From Trueperaceae bacterium (GTDB taxonomy: Bacteria; Deinococcota; Deinococci; Deinococcales; Trueperaceae): 64,000 bases of DNA. Both the position numbers and the translations under genes were made by a program. Positions 28,758 to 39,241 of the stretch are shown here, piece after piece (positions within the stretch are counted from its first letter, which is position 1; each line of letters begins with the position of its first letter). The stretch is taken from the NCBI GenBank assembly GCA_963668485.1, contig OY764543.1, positions 493,493 to 557,492 on the forward strand, read 5' to 3'. The notes beneath the pieces were generated by a model. That model saw only the letters and a list, made by a program, of their open reading frames with translations, ran no database searches and was not told the DNA's origin.

Positions 28758-31007
28758 TTACTCTAGGAACTCCGCGATGTCCTGTGGGTCAACATCCACT
28801 CGAACGCGGACACCTTTCCCAGTGAACCCCCTGACCGATCGGACCAGATTCCCGAGCTGGAACCTTGTCTCAGCTCGGATCAAAAGATGGTAGACGTACT
28901 GTCTCTGCAGCCTGAACACCGGTGCAGGAGCGGGTCCCAGCACGGAACCGCCACCGCCAAGGAGCCGCAGCCTGTCGGCGATGCTCCGTGTGGCCTGGAG
29001 CGCCACCACCCGATCCCGATCCCGCACCTGCACTTGAGCAAGATGCCCGAACGGGGGGTATCCGAAGCGCCTCCGACGCTGCAAGATCCTGGCTGCGAAC
29101 CGTCGCAGGGCAGCCTCAGAAGGGTCACCAGCGACCGTCAGCACCTCATGGTCGGGGTCAAAGACCTGGACCACTGTTAGGGGAACCCCAGAAGTGGACA
29201 GGTTGCTTAGGGATAGGAGGAAACGCAGGGCCGCCTCCTCCGCGCGAAAGTCCCCCTGGGTGAGGAACGGCTCCAGAAGAGTGACGCCGATGAGCGACAA
29301 TTTCGGGAGGGGTGGCAACCGGAGCAGGGCTGTAGTACCCGCCACCACACCAGGCTGCCCACAGTAGAACCCGTCCAAGGGGTCGCGGTGATCCCGGTCG
29401 AAGCGCGCCACAGGGAATCCGACTAGGAGATTACTTAGTTCCTCCACGACCCACTGTGTACCCGGGCCGCGCACCGCCACGAGGTCGTGGTTATTGCACT
29501 CCGGACAGTGTCCCGGCAGAAGCTCAGCGTGGCCACACTGGTGGCACCTCAACTGAGCCTCGATCTGATGGTAGCGCAAACTCAGATCGCAATTAGGGCA
29601 CATGAGCAGGTGACCACAGTCGCTACACCCGAGTGCGGCGGAGAAGCCCCGTCGCGGAACGATCAGGAGGGCTTGGCGGTCCCGCTCGTGCACTTGCTTC
29701 AGAACCCGAATCAGATCCGCTCCAAGGGGCCAGTTGGCTGAGCCTGCGACCGAAGCCACGTGCAACCGTTGCCTCGGCAGTCCGATCCGATAGCGACCGT
29801 TCGTGGGTATGTCGTGGATCCACTCTGGGGACTCGAGTACGTCAGCAAAGGCAATGGGAGCCCCGAGTCTGTCAGCGAGCGCTCTGGCGATGTGCGGTGC
29901 GAACATTCGCGGCCCAGAATCCAGCTTATAGCTTGCACTGCCCACATCCAGAACGATAACCCTTCCCAAATCACGCACCGGAGCTAGGAGCCCAGGGTAA
30001 GTGGTAACGAGCACCTTCGGATCCCCCAAGGCCACCTCCGCCCAGATCCGGTCACGTTGCGCATCCGAGCACTCCCCACTTAGCGCAAGGACGGGCAGGC
30101 AGGCACGAGCGAGCGCGCCCGCTGTAGCGGAGAGGTGATTCCGTTCCGGCACCAGGATCAGCACCCCAGCACCCCGTTCGAGGTCCCAGCGAATCGTGGG
30201 AAGGAGATAGGCGATCCGTTCGAGGCGCCTCCCACCACTGATGAAGGAAGAGCCGCTATCCGACAACCTGGGGCCAGCAATCCCGTCTGGAAGCTCCACG
30301 TCGGGCAGATCCGGCAGGGGAGCAGGTATCTCTGGCACGCTAGCGTACCCCGCGTAGCCCTTCTTCACCAAGCTCCGAACCGTCCCCTCGGGCACCTGCG
30401 CAGCTCGAGCCAGGAGGGCAGCGCTCGTGACCGGGCCCCGCTCAACAAGGTGAGCAAGGGCCTTCCTCTGCTTCACCCGCCTTAATCCGGAGAGATGCTC
30501 ATCCGGCAGGCGGAGGGCGATCAGGGCCCTCCGGGTTGGCGGGCGGATCTGAACCCGCTCCTGGAGAAGACCCTGTCGCCTCCAAAAAGCAAGATGTTCC
30601 GGGGTAAACACCTCTGCCGACCTCCAGTCCTGATCCCCGAGTCCCTCCAAGGCGACATCCGTAACAGCACGGACCCTATGCTCCAGGGGAACCTTAAGTC
30701 CTGTGGTTACCAGGGCTGCAAGCACCGAACCTGCCGGCGTCGCCGTGAAATCGGCCCACTCAAGTAGCAGTTCGCAGGCCCCACACTGCAGAAAGGAACT
30801 CTCATCGAGCCAGCCGAGCGCTTCGCGGTAATCAGCAGCCCTCTCGGGATTCACCTCTCCCCTGCCGACCACAACCCCGACCCGGACCCGACCCTGCCAC
30901 GGAACCGCCACCCGTGCACCCACGCTACCCCGAGGAGCGTCGAACGGAGCGAGATAGCGGAGGGGGGGAACCGGAAGGGGCAACAGGATGTCGAGGGCTT
31001 CAATCAC
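28758..31007 (-). CDS. priA: Primosomal protein N' (PriA) homolog with degenerate helicase Walker A and B motifs
   Basis: 749 aa. The C-terminal Cys-rich zinc-binding region is present (CSDCGHLLMCPNCDLSLRYH...CHQCGH...CPECN). The position equivalent to GSGKTE reads GGRRLE, and the position equivalent to DEEHD reads DVGSA. Confidence 0.75.
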   Translation of the reverse strand: MIEALDILLPLPVPPLRYLAPFDAPRGSVGARVAVPWQGRVRVGVVVGRGEVNPERAADYREALGWLDESSFLQCGACELLLEWADFTATPAGSVLAALVTTGLKVPLEHRVRAVTDVALEGLGDQDWRSAEVFTPEHLAFWRRQGLLQERVQIRPPTRRALIALRLPDEHLSGLRRVKQRKALAHLVERGPVTSAALLARAAQVPEGTVRSLVKKGYAGYASVPEIPAPLPDLPDVELPDGIAGPRLSDSGSSFISGGRRLERIAYLLPTIRWDLERGAGVLILVPERNHLSATAGALARACLPVLALSGECSDAQRDRIWAEVALGDPKVLVTTYPGLLAPVRDLGRVIVLDVGSASYKLDSGPRMFAPHIARALADRLGAPIAFADVLESPEWIHDIPTNGRYRIGLPRQRLHVASVAGSANWPLGADLIRVLKQVHERDRQALLIVPRRGFSAALGCSDCGHLLMCPNCDLSLRYHQIEAQLRCHQCGHAELLPGHCPECNNHDLVAVRGPGTQWVVEELSNLLVGFPVARFDRDHRDPLDGFYCGQPGVVAGTTALLRLPPLPKLSLIGVTLLEPFLTQGDFRAEEAALRFLLSLSNLSTSGVPLTVVQVFDPDHEVLTVAGDPSEAALRRFAARILQRRRRFGYPPFGHLAQVQVRDRDRVVALQATRSIADRLRLLGGGGSVLGPAPAPVFRLQRQYVYHLLIRAETRFQLGNLVRSVRGFTGKGVRVRVDVDPQDIAEFLE

Positions 31008-31224
31008 AGGGAAATTGTATCTGGCCTCACCCCACCCCCACTGAACCCAAGAGGACGATGGCGTCCCGCTATATCACCCGACAATGCCGACCGAGTCCGA
31101 CACCGTGTCCAGCAGAGCGCAGGAAGCGGCCGTGCAGAGCACTTCGTACGCCCGCAGTGGCGAGCGTATTCGGGATCTTCGCTGGGCATCACACCAGCGG
31201 CCACAGCTTGGCCCGACCGGTGCT

Positions 31225-31373
31225 GGCCAATCACCTCAATGAGGTGCTATTCGAGATATCGCCCCTTCACTCCTCATCACGACCCCTTTGCCGGCACCGA
31301 TTCCAAAACCACAGATTCCGCCCAGGTACGCACTCCCTCTGATAGGGGTGCGAGGTAATCTCACACTACGACC
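31225..31373 (+). repeat. Partial copy (~150 bp, right end) of the short variant of the MITE-like family
   Basis: Collinear with 39085-39229 (GCCCCTTCAC...CGGCACCGATTCCAAAACCAC...) and ends in ...GGTAATCTCACACTACGACC. Confidence 0.5.
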
Positions 31374-31534
31374 AGCACGCAAGCTGGGCTTTTCTCATCA
31401 ACTTTGGTCCCGGTAGTGAGGTTTGAGACTCCGTGGCACCCGGTTCCCAAGCGGAGGCAGAGCGAGATGCCCGAAACCGTTCACCCACTTAGGTCGCACG
31501 GTTTCGGGCCGAGCGGTTTCGTTCCTGTCCCCAC

Positions 31535-32467
31535 TCAGGGACTCGTGATACCGCGAAAGTCGAGTAGGAAGTTGGATTCGGACGGTAGCATGATGGTCTG
31601 GATGCCGGGCGCGAGCCGCTCCGCTACCTCGAGTTGGATGATCTCCGGGTTGGTCCGAATCGCGTTACCTCGAAGTTCGAGGGCTTGGGCCTCCCCCTCC
31701 GCCCTAGCGATCGCCGCGTCCCGCTGCCCTTCGGCCTCAATGACGAGCCTCTGAGCTGCGATCTCTGCCTGCTGACGGCGGTTCTCTTCCACCTGAATCT
31801 GCTGCTCAGCCGCCTGCTTTTCCTCAATCGCCTGGGTGATAGAAGCCGGGATCCGGACGTCGCGCAAGAGCACCGCCAGCACCCGGAGGTTGTCGGCAGC
31901 TAGCACGTCCCGAAGACTAGTCTCAATGAGCGCACTCACTTCCTGTCGACGGGTAGAGATCAACTCAGCAGCGTTAAACTCGGCGATAGCGTCACGGACC
32001 TGGCTCCGAATCTCGGGTCGGATCCGGACATCGACATACGAGGGACCTATGTCTTGGTGGAGCTTCGCTACCTCCGTCGGGCTTATCTGGTAAAGAATAG
32101 TGGCATCAGCGTTGATCTCGAGTCCCTCCGACGACCGCGAGGTGATCTGATCACCTGTCAATTGCGACAGGGTCAACTCCTGCTGGCGGACATCGTAGAG
32201 GGTAACCTGCTGGAGAAACGGCAGGACAACATGGAAGCCCTCCCCAAGTTCGTTGTCCTGAACTCCGCCGAAGACATTGAACACCACGCCGGCGTTGCCA
32301 GCCGGGACCACGACGAAGGCGTTTGAGATCAGGGCAAGGACAATCCCGACCACAACAGCAAGGCTACCTAGGTTCCGCAGGCCACCCTGCTTGCTCTGAA
32401 TTCCCTGAACAATGAGGGCAATACCTCCTACAACGAGGATGAGTCCGATTAGAATCAACAGTGCCAT
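31535..32467 (-). CDS. SPFH/band-7 (prohibitin/HflC-like) membrane protein
   Basis: 310 aa with an N-terminal TM segment, the SPFH domain and a C-terminal coiled coil (...AEQQIQVEENRRQQAEIAAQR...). Confidence 0.8.
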   Translation of the reverse strand: MALLILIGLILVVGGIALIVQGIQSKQGGLRNLGSLAVVVGIVLALISNAFVVVPAGNAGVVFNVFGGVQDNELGEGFHVVLPFLQQVTLYDVRQQELTLSQLTGDQITSRSSEGLEINADATILYQISPTEVAKLHQDIGPSYVDVRIRPEIRSQVRDAIAEFNAAELISTRRQEVSALIETSLRDVLAADNLRVLAVLLRDVRIPASITQAIEEKQAAEQQIQVEENRRQQAEIAAQRLVIEAEGQRDAAIARAEGEAQALELRGNAIRTNPEIIQLEVAERLAPGIQTIMLPSESNFLLDFRGITSP

Positions 32468-32528
32468 GACGACCTCCTTAATCGCCTAGTGTACCGCCTT
32501 ATACCTAGGTTTAAATTAGCGGAAAATT

Positions 32529-34034
32529 TCACTCCCGCGCGGGCCCCGCGCGGGTCGGCCTGAAAATGTTCAGCGTGCCGGTTAAGGTCTGCTTGAAATT
32601 CGACTCTGCAGGGTGCGTAAGCACCTCCGGTAGTTGAATGGTGAACACCGTCCCCTCACCAACCTTCGACTCAACGGTAACCTTACCGCCATGTTCCTGG
32701 ACGATCCAACGGACAATCGCCAATCCAAGGCCGCTACCTTTCCCCCTCGCCGATCGGGAATCGTCAACCCGGTAGAAGCGGTCGAACAGGTGCGGAATAG
32801 CGCTCTCCGGGATACCAGACCCATTGTCTAAGACTTCTAACCGCACCCCGTCCCGACCCCGAGTTACTGAGATGCGGACCTCAGAGGCCCCAGCGTTGAG
32901 AGCGTTCTGCACCAGGTTGAGCACAACCTGCTTCAACCGCCCTGGGTCGCCCACCACCTCAATGCGCGGGACGGCCGCGTCAATGCGGATCTCCGTGCTC
33001 CCCGCTACCGGGGCCACGTCCATATGCACCGCCTCTACCACCTCTATGAGGTTTACCGGTTCCTTCCCCACAGAGATGCCAGCGTCCGCCCGCGCAAGCT
33101 CGAGCAGATCGTTCACAAGTTTTGCCATCCGTTCAGCCTCCCGACAGATCACCGTGAGCGAATCGACCTGCTCCACTTTTGGCTCAGTCCGCCGCAAGAG
33201 GTAGTTCGCATGCCCCACAATGGCCGTTACCGGCGTGCGCAGTTCGTGACTTGCGTCAGCTGTGAACCTGCGCTGGGTCTCGAATGACTCCTGGAGCCGG
33301 TCGAGCATCCGGTTGAGGGACATGGCCAGCTCCTTCATCTCGTCCTTGGTCTTGGGAACCGGGACCCGCTGGGTCAAGTCCTTCCCCGTCACCCGGGATG
33401 CAGCCCTAGTCACCCTTTGCACCGGACTCAGGACCTGTCTCGACAGGATCCAAACCCCTGCTGCAAAGGCGAGAAACGCCGACACCACGGTGAGGCCCAG
33501 GTTCTTAGCCAGTTGCCTCAAGGTGGCCGCCACAGAACCCGCCGGGATGCCGATATAGAGCGTCGCAGGATAGGCAGCCTCGCGCTGGAGGAAGCGCACC
33601 TTGCCAGTGCCCCTATCGGCCAGAACGAAGAGGCTGTCGCCGTTCTGGAGCGAGACCCGAGTACTCACGTACCCCTCCTCGTACAGGCGCTCGAGGGCTG
33701 TCTCGTCGAGAAGGCTCGGAAGGTCGTCTTCTGTGGGATTGATCCTCGGTACACTCTGGAACTCGCTGTAGCGGAGACCATCAGCCAACTCAGTCGCTGA
33801 CCCTGGTGCGCCGAGGGGGTAGAGGACGATCTCGTAGTAGGCGTCGCCGGGCAAACGACTCAGACCCTGATTGATGTTTCCCTCACCTAGGTCCTGAAGC
33901 GCCTGCCGCCCCCGCTCCTCAAGAGACGAGGTCAGTGAACGCTCCGTAAGGGCGTAGACGACAAAGGCTATCGCAGTCAGAATCACGGCGAAGAAGGCGG
34001 AGTAGAAGAAGGTGAGTCGGAATCGAAGGGACAC
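32529..34034 (-). CDS. Sensor histidine kinase (TM, HAMP, HisKA, HATPase_c)
   Basis: 501 aa with the H-box ...ASHELRTPVTAI... and the G-boxes ...GSGLGLAIV.... Confidence 0.85.
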   Translation of the reverse strand: MSLRFRLTFFYSAFFAVILTAIAFVVYALTERSLTSSLEERGRQALQDLGEGNINQGLSRLPGDAYYEIVLYPLGAPGSATELADGLRYSEFQSVPRINPTEDDLPSLLDETALERLYEEGYVSTRVSLQNGDSLFVLADRGTGKVRFLQREAAYPATLYIGIPAGSVAATLRQLAKNLGLTVVSAFLAFAAGVWILSRQVLSPVQRVTRAASRVTGKDLTQRVPVPKTKDEMKELAMSLNRMLDRLQESFETQRRFTADASHELRTPVTAIVGHANYLLRRTEPKVEQVDSLTVICREAERMAKLVNDLLELARADAGISVGKEPVNLIEVVEAVHMDVAPVAGSTEIRIDAAVPRIEVVGDPGRLKQVVLNLVQNALNAGASEVRISVTRGRDGVRLEVLDNGSGIPESAIPHLFDRFYRVDDSRSARGKGSGLGLAIVRWIVQEHGGKVTVESKVGEGTVFTIQLPEVLTHPAESNFKQTLTGTLNIFRPTRAGPARE

Positions 34035-34712
34035 CTATTCCTCCCTTAGCACGTACCCAACCCCTCGAACCGTGTGGATCAACCTCCGCTCCCCCTCTCC
34101 CTCAAGCTTGCGCCTGAGGTAACCAACATACACGTCGACGACATTGCTTCCTCCTGTGTACTGAGGCCACACCTTCTCTTCAATATCAAAGCGGTTGAAT
34201 ACCTTACCCGGATTGCGTGCGAATAGCTCGAGCAACTCGAACTCCTTTGCGGAAAGATCAATCCTGCGGCCGTCGCGAAAGACCTCCCGACCGTCCAGGT
34301 TCATGACTAGGTCAACAACACGAATCTCCCCAGTGATGGCCGGATTGACACGACGCAGGTGGGCCCGCACCCTAGCAAGCAACTCCTCAATCGAGAACGG
34401 CTTAACCAGGTAATCGTCCGCACCGGAGTCGAGTCCAGTGACCTTGTCTTCGACACTATCTTTCGCTGTTAGAATGATGATCGGTGTGTTGCTTGTCTTA
34501 CGGATCCGGCGAGCGACCTCGAGCCCACCAAGAACGGGGAGCATTAGGTCGAGCACGACCAGATCCGGGCTGAATTCCCGAAATTTTGAGAGCCCGGTGA
34601 CACCGTCGTAAGTGACGATCGTCTCGTAGCTCTCCGCCTGCAGTTCGAGATCGATAAACTTGGCGATCTCCTTTTCATCCTCAACGATCAAGATCTGAGG
34701 TCTCCGATCCAT
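34035..34712 (-). CDS. OmpR-family response regulator. The start is taken at [13 protein letters not shown]; the N-terminal 78 codons of the tracked ORF are probably not translated.
   Basis: Receiver domain (ILIVEDE...[10 protein letters not shown]) plus a winged-helix trans_reg_C domain. Adjacent to and co-oriented with the histidine kinase. Confidence 0.85.
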   Translation of the reverse strand: MDRRPQILIVEDEKEIAKFIDLELQAESYETIVTYDGVTGLSKFREFSPDLVVLDLMLPVLGGLEVARRIRKTSNTPIIILTAKDSVEDKVTGLDSGADDYLVKPFSIEELLARVRAHLRRVNPAITGEIRVVDLVMNLDGREVFRDGRRIDLSAKEFELLELFARNPGKVFNRFDIEEKVWPQYTGGSNVVDVYVGYLRRKLEGEGERRLIHTVRGVGYVLREE

Positions 34713-34905
34713 AAACGCTATTATGACTGATCGCCTCATTGATGAGGTGTACCGAATTGACGTATTGATGATGAGGTGCACTGAGCCTAAGGCGTATGGA
34801 GTTGTATTGGCCTTGTAGCCCAATCGGCCCCGACCAGCAAGACAGGTGCAGGGAAAAACGGGTAGACTGACCGTGCTCCATAGTGGAAGGGGCACGAGGA
34901 GATCT

Positions 34906-35430
34906 ATTGTGACCGAGCGCGTCGCCCTGTTCATTGACGGAAGCAATCTCTATAACGGCATGCGGGAGAACTTACGCAACACCCGGGTCAACCTCCAAGA
35001 GTTCATCACCCAACTCACCCGCGAACGGACCCTCGTGCGTGCCTACTATTACAACGCCCCGCTCACCGAAGACTACGACACAGAATTGCGGGACGGTCAG
35101 CACCGCTTCTTCGAATCGCTGCGGCGCATCCCGTACGTTACCGTCCGACTAGGGCGGCTCCATCGTCGCAATGACGGCTCTCTCGTGGAAAAGGGGATCG
35201 ATGTCGCACTCGCAGTCGAGTCGCTGTCACTCGCCTACGAGAACGCCTACGACACAGCTCTCCTCGTCTCGGGAGACGGGGACTACGTCGAACTTGTCGA
35301 GGCCATCAAGCGGCGTGGCAAGCACGTCGAGTGCGCCATGTTCAAAAGCCAATCGGCCGAGATTCTATTCGAATTCACTGATGTATTCAGGCCGCTCGAC
35401 GAACTCGATTGGTCAAAGATTCTCTTCTGA
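34906..35430 (+). CDS. NYN-domain (LabA-like, PIN-fold) protein. The start is probably the GTG near 34906.
   Basis: ...[12 protein letters not shown]...[24 protein letters not shown]... is typical of the NYN/LabA family. Confidence 0.65.
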   Translation: MVTERVALFIDGSNLYNGMRENLRNTRVNLQEFITQLTRERTLVRAYYYNAPLTEDYDTELRDGQHRFFESLRRIPYVTVRLGRLHRRNDGSLVEKGIDVALAVESLSLAYENAYDTALLVSGDGDYVELVEAIKRRGKHVECAMFKSQSAEILFEFTDVFRPLDELDWSKILF

Positions 35431-35441
35431 CATTGCACTTT

Positions 35442-36005
35442 GGCAACATAACGTGAGATCACCTCTGCCCCCCACTCGGACACGTAGGTGAGCGAATCCA
35501 GCGAATCCGTCCTTACAATTCCCGAACACTCTTAATCCGATCGGAAGGACAGATTTGCTGGATCAGTCCCTGTGGTTGGGTAGAGGCCGCTTGAGTGGAT
35601 CTACACGGCTCCAGTTATGGTCTGAGCACTCTCTACGTCCCCAGAACCTCAAGGATAGACTCTCCCGATCTGGTCCGGGCGCTACCGCTGTTCTTCCTAG
35701 CCTCGCTGTTCCAGACCTGCAACTCGAAGCCCCGAAGAGGCCAAAGCCGGACTCTACGGGTCTTGTCAGCCCTTGGGAAGAGTTCTTGGGCTCGCTTCTC
35801 CTGTGCGAATCCGCCCCTGGTAACAGAGCTAGTCTGGTCCGTAGATCTTGCGGGTCTCGAGGTTGGGCCTGCCTGGCTGTAGTTGAGCCCTCATGGTTGC
35901 TGGGGGCCAGACCGGTTACTGGAGGTCGGTCTAGCCAGCTGGTGCAGGGGGTACCAGGACTGGTTTCCTCCCTTCGGGGGGTAGAGATGATCTCAGGTTA
36001 CGATC
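35442..36005 (+). mobile_element. MITE-like element, copy B (564 bp), inverted relative to copy A
   Basis: Reverse complement of copy A across its whole length, including the internal hairpin module and the CCUCCC-UUCG-GGGGGG hairpin near the right end. It produces identical spurious peptides in the ORF track. Confidence 0.7.
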
Positions 36006-36247
36006 ACGACGCGGTAGCAACTCTAGTGGCATTGTTGAGTTAGGACTGACCAGGGCAAGTCTCCGGTGATGAAGACATCGAAAGAATATCGGGTCACTCA
36101 GTAAGTTCGAGGGAGGAGAGTGGCTAGGCCTTCTCTACTGGAGACTGCGAGTGGCAACAAGAGGGAGACGAGACGGGACCTTACACAGTGCGAGGTCGAT
36201 CGGCGGTACGAGCACTGTTCCAGATGGGCCGTTCGTGCATTGGCAGT

Positions 36248-37108
36248 TCAAGCGAATGAGGTCACTTTCACCCACCACGAGGGAAAGGTGTTATGAAGTG
36301 AGGAGGCCACCTCCTGGGCGTGATCCCGATCCGCTGCTAGGCCGAAGCAAGTTGTTCCCGACCCGCTCATTAGCACACCTTGCAACCCCGCATTGCGGAG
36401 GGCCACCAGCACCTCGCGAACGCTGCGATGGGCAAGGGTCACGCCCGCTTGGAGGCCGTTGAAATACCGTAATGGCTCACGGCCCTCGAGCCCTGATACG
36501 ATCCTCTTAACACAAAGGCGAGGGGTGAAGTTCTGGAGGGCAGCGTAAGCGTCGGAGGCGCGAATCTTGATCCCAGGATTCACGAGGACCAGTGCTCTAG
36601 AGGGGAGATCGACCGGCTCCAACTTCTCACCACGACCACGTGCTCTAGCAGCGGTCTTCTTCAAGAGGAAGAAAGGTACGTCGCTTCCAAGGTTTCGGGC
36701 AAGGTTGAACAGGTTGACCCTACCAGGGTGTAGTTCGGCGAGGCCCAGTAAGACGGCTGCAGCATCGCTCGCGCCCCCCCCAAGGCCTGCCGCTACGGGG
36801 ACCCGCTTCTTCAGGGTAATTTTCACACCGGCCTTTGCGCCTGCGGCCTCCAGGTAGAAGTGGGCTGCTCGGACTGCAAGGTTGCCATCGTCCACAGGGA
36901 GGCCGGAATCGTTGGTGATGAGTGAGATATCCTCCATTGTAGGTTCGAGAGTGACGACATCGTGCAGGGCAAGCCTAACCATGAGAGTGTCGATCTCGTG
37001 AAACCCATCTCCCCGCTTGGCCAGGACCCCGAGTCCGAGGTTGATTTTCGCAGGTGCCTTCAGGTGCAGGCTAGGTCTGTTCACTAGTCCCGCTCTGCGC
37101 CAGTGCAC
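36248..37108 (-). CDS. ispE: 4-diphosphocytidyl-2-C-methyl-D-erythritol kinase. The true start probably lies a few codons inside the tracked ORF, since the ORF overlaps ispD by 38 nt.
   Basis: ...APAKINLGLGVL...VPVAAGLGGGASDAAAVL... GHMP kinase motifs. Confidence 0.8.
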   Translation of the reverse strand: MHWRRAGLVNRPSLHLKAPAKINLGLGVLAKRGDGFHEIDTLMVRLALHDVVTLEPTMEDISLITNDSGLPVDDGNLAVRAAHFYLEAAGAKAGVKITLKKRVPVAAGLGGGASDAAAVLLGLAELHPGRVNLFNLARNLGSDVPFFLLKKTAARARGRGEKLEPVDLPSRALVLVNPGIKIRASDAYAALQNFTPRLCVKRIVSGLEGREPLRYFNGLQAGVTLAHRSVREVLVALRNAGLQGVLMSGSGTTCFGLAADRDHAQEVASSLHNTFPSWWVKVTSFA

Positions 37109-37736
37109 GGGCCAACAGGAGATCCTCTGGCGTGGTCACCTTGAATAGAAGAGGGTTGCCTTCCACGAGAGCTACCGGCAACCTGAGGGCACGGACCAGA
37201 TCGGCGTCATCAGTGGCTCGGTACCCATGATCGGATGCCTGACGGTGGGCTCGCAGGAGCAGGTCTCGATGGAAACCCTGCGGAGTCTGGACGGCCCTGA
37301 ACCGTGAACGATTTATGGTCTGGTTTCGCTCGATATCAATTACAGTGTCAAAGATGGGCACCGCAGCTGTGGCGGCCCCCCTCTCGATTGCCGCCTCAGT
37401 CGTTCTCTGGATCACGTCACCGCTAAGAAAGGGTCTGGCAGCGTCGTGTATAAGAACAATGTCGTTATGTGCTTGGGAGAGCAGGGTTGCTACCGTCCCC
37501 TGACGCGTATTCTCCCCCGCGAGGACTTGCACGCCGGGCAGGAGGGCGGCGGCTTCCTCCAACTGATCTCCAGGCACTGCGACCAGGATCTCCGCTGCGT
37601 GGGGCCGGAAGGCATCGACGACAAGCTGGATCAACGTTCGAGCACCGAGCCTAACAAATGCCTTCGGCCCCCGACCTAGGCGCTGCCCCTTCCCGGCCGC
37701 CGGAATCAGTGCGGAAAAGCCGGTCCTGGGATCCAT
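37071..37736 (-). CDS. ispD: 2-C-methyl-D-erythritol 4-phosphate cytidylyltransferase
   Basis: 221 aa with ...ALIPAAGKGQRLG...VLIHDAARPF.... Confidence 0.85.
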   Translation of the reverse strand: MDPRTGFSALIPAAGKGQRLGRGPKAFVRLGARTLIQLVVDAFRPHAAEILVAVPGDQLEEAAALLPGVQVLAGENTRQGTVATLLSQAHNDIVLIHDAARPFLSGDVIQRTTEAAIERGAATAAVPIFDTVIDIERNQTINRSRFRAVQTPQGFHRDLLLRAHRQASDHGYRATDDADLVRALRLPVALVEGNPLLFKVTTPEDLLLARALAQSGTSEQT

Positions 37737-38324
37737 CTAATCTTCGGCACCCCTCCACCGTGGGGATCTGTCGTGCTCAATACTGAGACGGTCAAGCGTC
37801 CGGGCTGTCACGGTCCCTATGAGTTCCTCAACTCCTTCGGGTCGATGGTAGAAGCTGGGTGAGGCGGGAAGGATCGTGGCACCGGAGTCGTACGCTGCGA
37901 GCATGTTGACCAACATCGGCCGGGAAAATGGTGCCTCTCGGATCACGAGGATCAGGGGCCGTCGCTCCTTGAGTGTGACATGGGCCGCGCGGGTTAGAAG
38001 GTTGTCGGTGAGCCCTTGGGCGATCTTCGCCAGCGTTCCAGTGCTGCACGGGATCACCACCATACCCTGAAAGAGATACGAGCCAGAGGCTATGGCGGCA
38101 CCTAGATCGGTGTTCTTGTAGACCCTGTCAGCCCTCTCATCGAGTTCATGGATCGTCTCATCGAGTTCAGTAGGGATTACCTGTTTGGCCCCGGCTGTAA
38201 CCACTAGGTGGACCTCCACCGGGAGCGGCACTAAGGTCTTGAGGAGGTCGAGGGCGTAGACCATTCCACTGCCACCGGAGATCCCAACCACGAGCCGGGA
38301 GGGTGGAATTGGGCTGCCGGTCAC
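37737..38324 (-). CDS. ubiX: Flavin prenyltransferase UbiX (Pad1 family)
   Basis: 195 aa with ...RLVVGISGGSGMVYALDLL...VVIPCSTGTLAKIA.... Confidence 0.85.
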   Translation of the reverse strand: MTGSPIPPSRLVVGISGGSGMVYALDLLKTLVPLPVEVHLVVTAGAKQVIPTELDETIHELDERADRVYKNTDLGAAIASGSYLFQGMVVIPCSTGTLAKIAQGLTDNLLTRAAHVTLKERRPLILVIREAPFSRPMLVNMLAAYDSGATILPASPSFYHRPEGVEELIGTVTARTLDRLSIEHDRSPRWRGAED

Positions 38325-38373
38325 GCTTTCACCATACCTCAGGTCCCGTTGCCGAGGCCGTATACTTTCGGGG

Positions 38374-38721
38374 ATGGATTGTCAGAAGGCCTGGGAACAG
38401 GGCGTGTCTGAGTTCGAGGCCGGTTCTTACTGGGAAAGTCATGAGTCCTGGGAACCTCTGTGGATTCAGTCCAAGGGAACCCAGAGGCACTTCTTCGGCG
38501 GCATGATCCTCTTGGCGGCCGCGCTGCACAAGACGAGGGGCATGGGTAGCCAACGGGGTGGCCGCCGTAACTATGCCAAAGCGCTTAAGCACCTAGCCCT
38601 AGTTCCGAATCGATATTTTGGGATCGATGTTAGGGAACTTGAGGCCCGTGTCCATATGGCCCTTCGGGACACATCAGCGATCCCGAGGATACCTAGGCTT
38701 GTCCCTGGACCTGACTCGTGA
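38374..38721 (+). CDS. DUF309-domain protein
   Basis: 115 aa. ...FEAGSYWESHESWEPLW...GMILLAAALHK... matches the DUF309 pattern. Confidence 0.55.
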   Translation: MDCQKAWEQGVSEFEAGSYWESHESWEPLWIQSKGTQRHFFGGMILLAAALHKTRGMGSQRGGRRNYAKALKHLALVPNRYFGIDVRELEARVHMALRDTSAIPRIPRLVPGPDS

Positions 38722-38962
38722 GTTCTGTTGATCTGGAGCGGATCGGGGGGCCTAGGCTTCGATTAGCGGAGCGCCCGCCGCCCGGTAATGGACGCCTGCC
38801 TCGGGTGGGCGGTCGGATACTTGGGGGCGTGGTGGTGAGTGTCGCAGCTTTCGTCAGTGCTTCAGCTAGCGCGGTCAGGGGGGCGACTTTACCGTCTCTG
38901 TGCTGCTTACGAGACCTGTTCTACCTCATTCCTATGACCTATTTCCTCGGAGTGGGAAGGGA

Positions 38963-39229
38963 GGTCGTAGTGTGAGATTATCTCATACCCCCTTCAATTC
39001 ATTCTCTAAAATCAAGTCGTCCCCGTCTGGAAAGCGATTGCTCGATCATTCGTTCTACCCCTGACATGGGCAAAACTTGGTGAAACCTATTGGAGAATCG
39101 CCCCTTCACACTTCATCATGTCCCCTACCGGCACCGATTCCAAAACCACGGGTTCCGCCAAGGTCTGGTACGCACCTCCAAGGACGGATTCGCTGGTTCT
39201 GGAGGGGCACGGGATAATCTCACACCACC
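38963..39229 (+). mobile_element. Short (267-bp) variant of the MITE-like family with the same TIRs
   Basis: TIRs are GGTCGTAGTGTGAGATTATCTCATACCCC (38963-) and the reverse complement of GGGGCACGGGATAATCTCACACCACC (-39229). The interior is AT-richer and contains the IS-terminus-like motif CCAAGGACGGATTCGCTGG at 39186. Confidence 0.6.
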
Positions 39230-39241
39230 AGCCGGGTTAGG

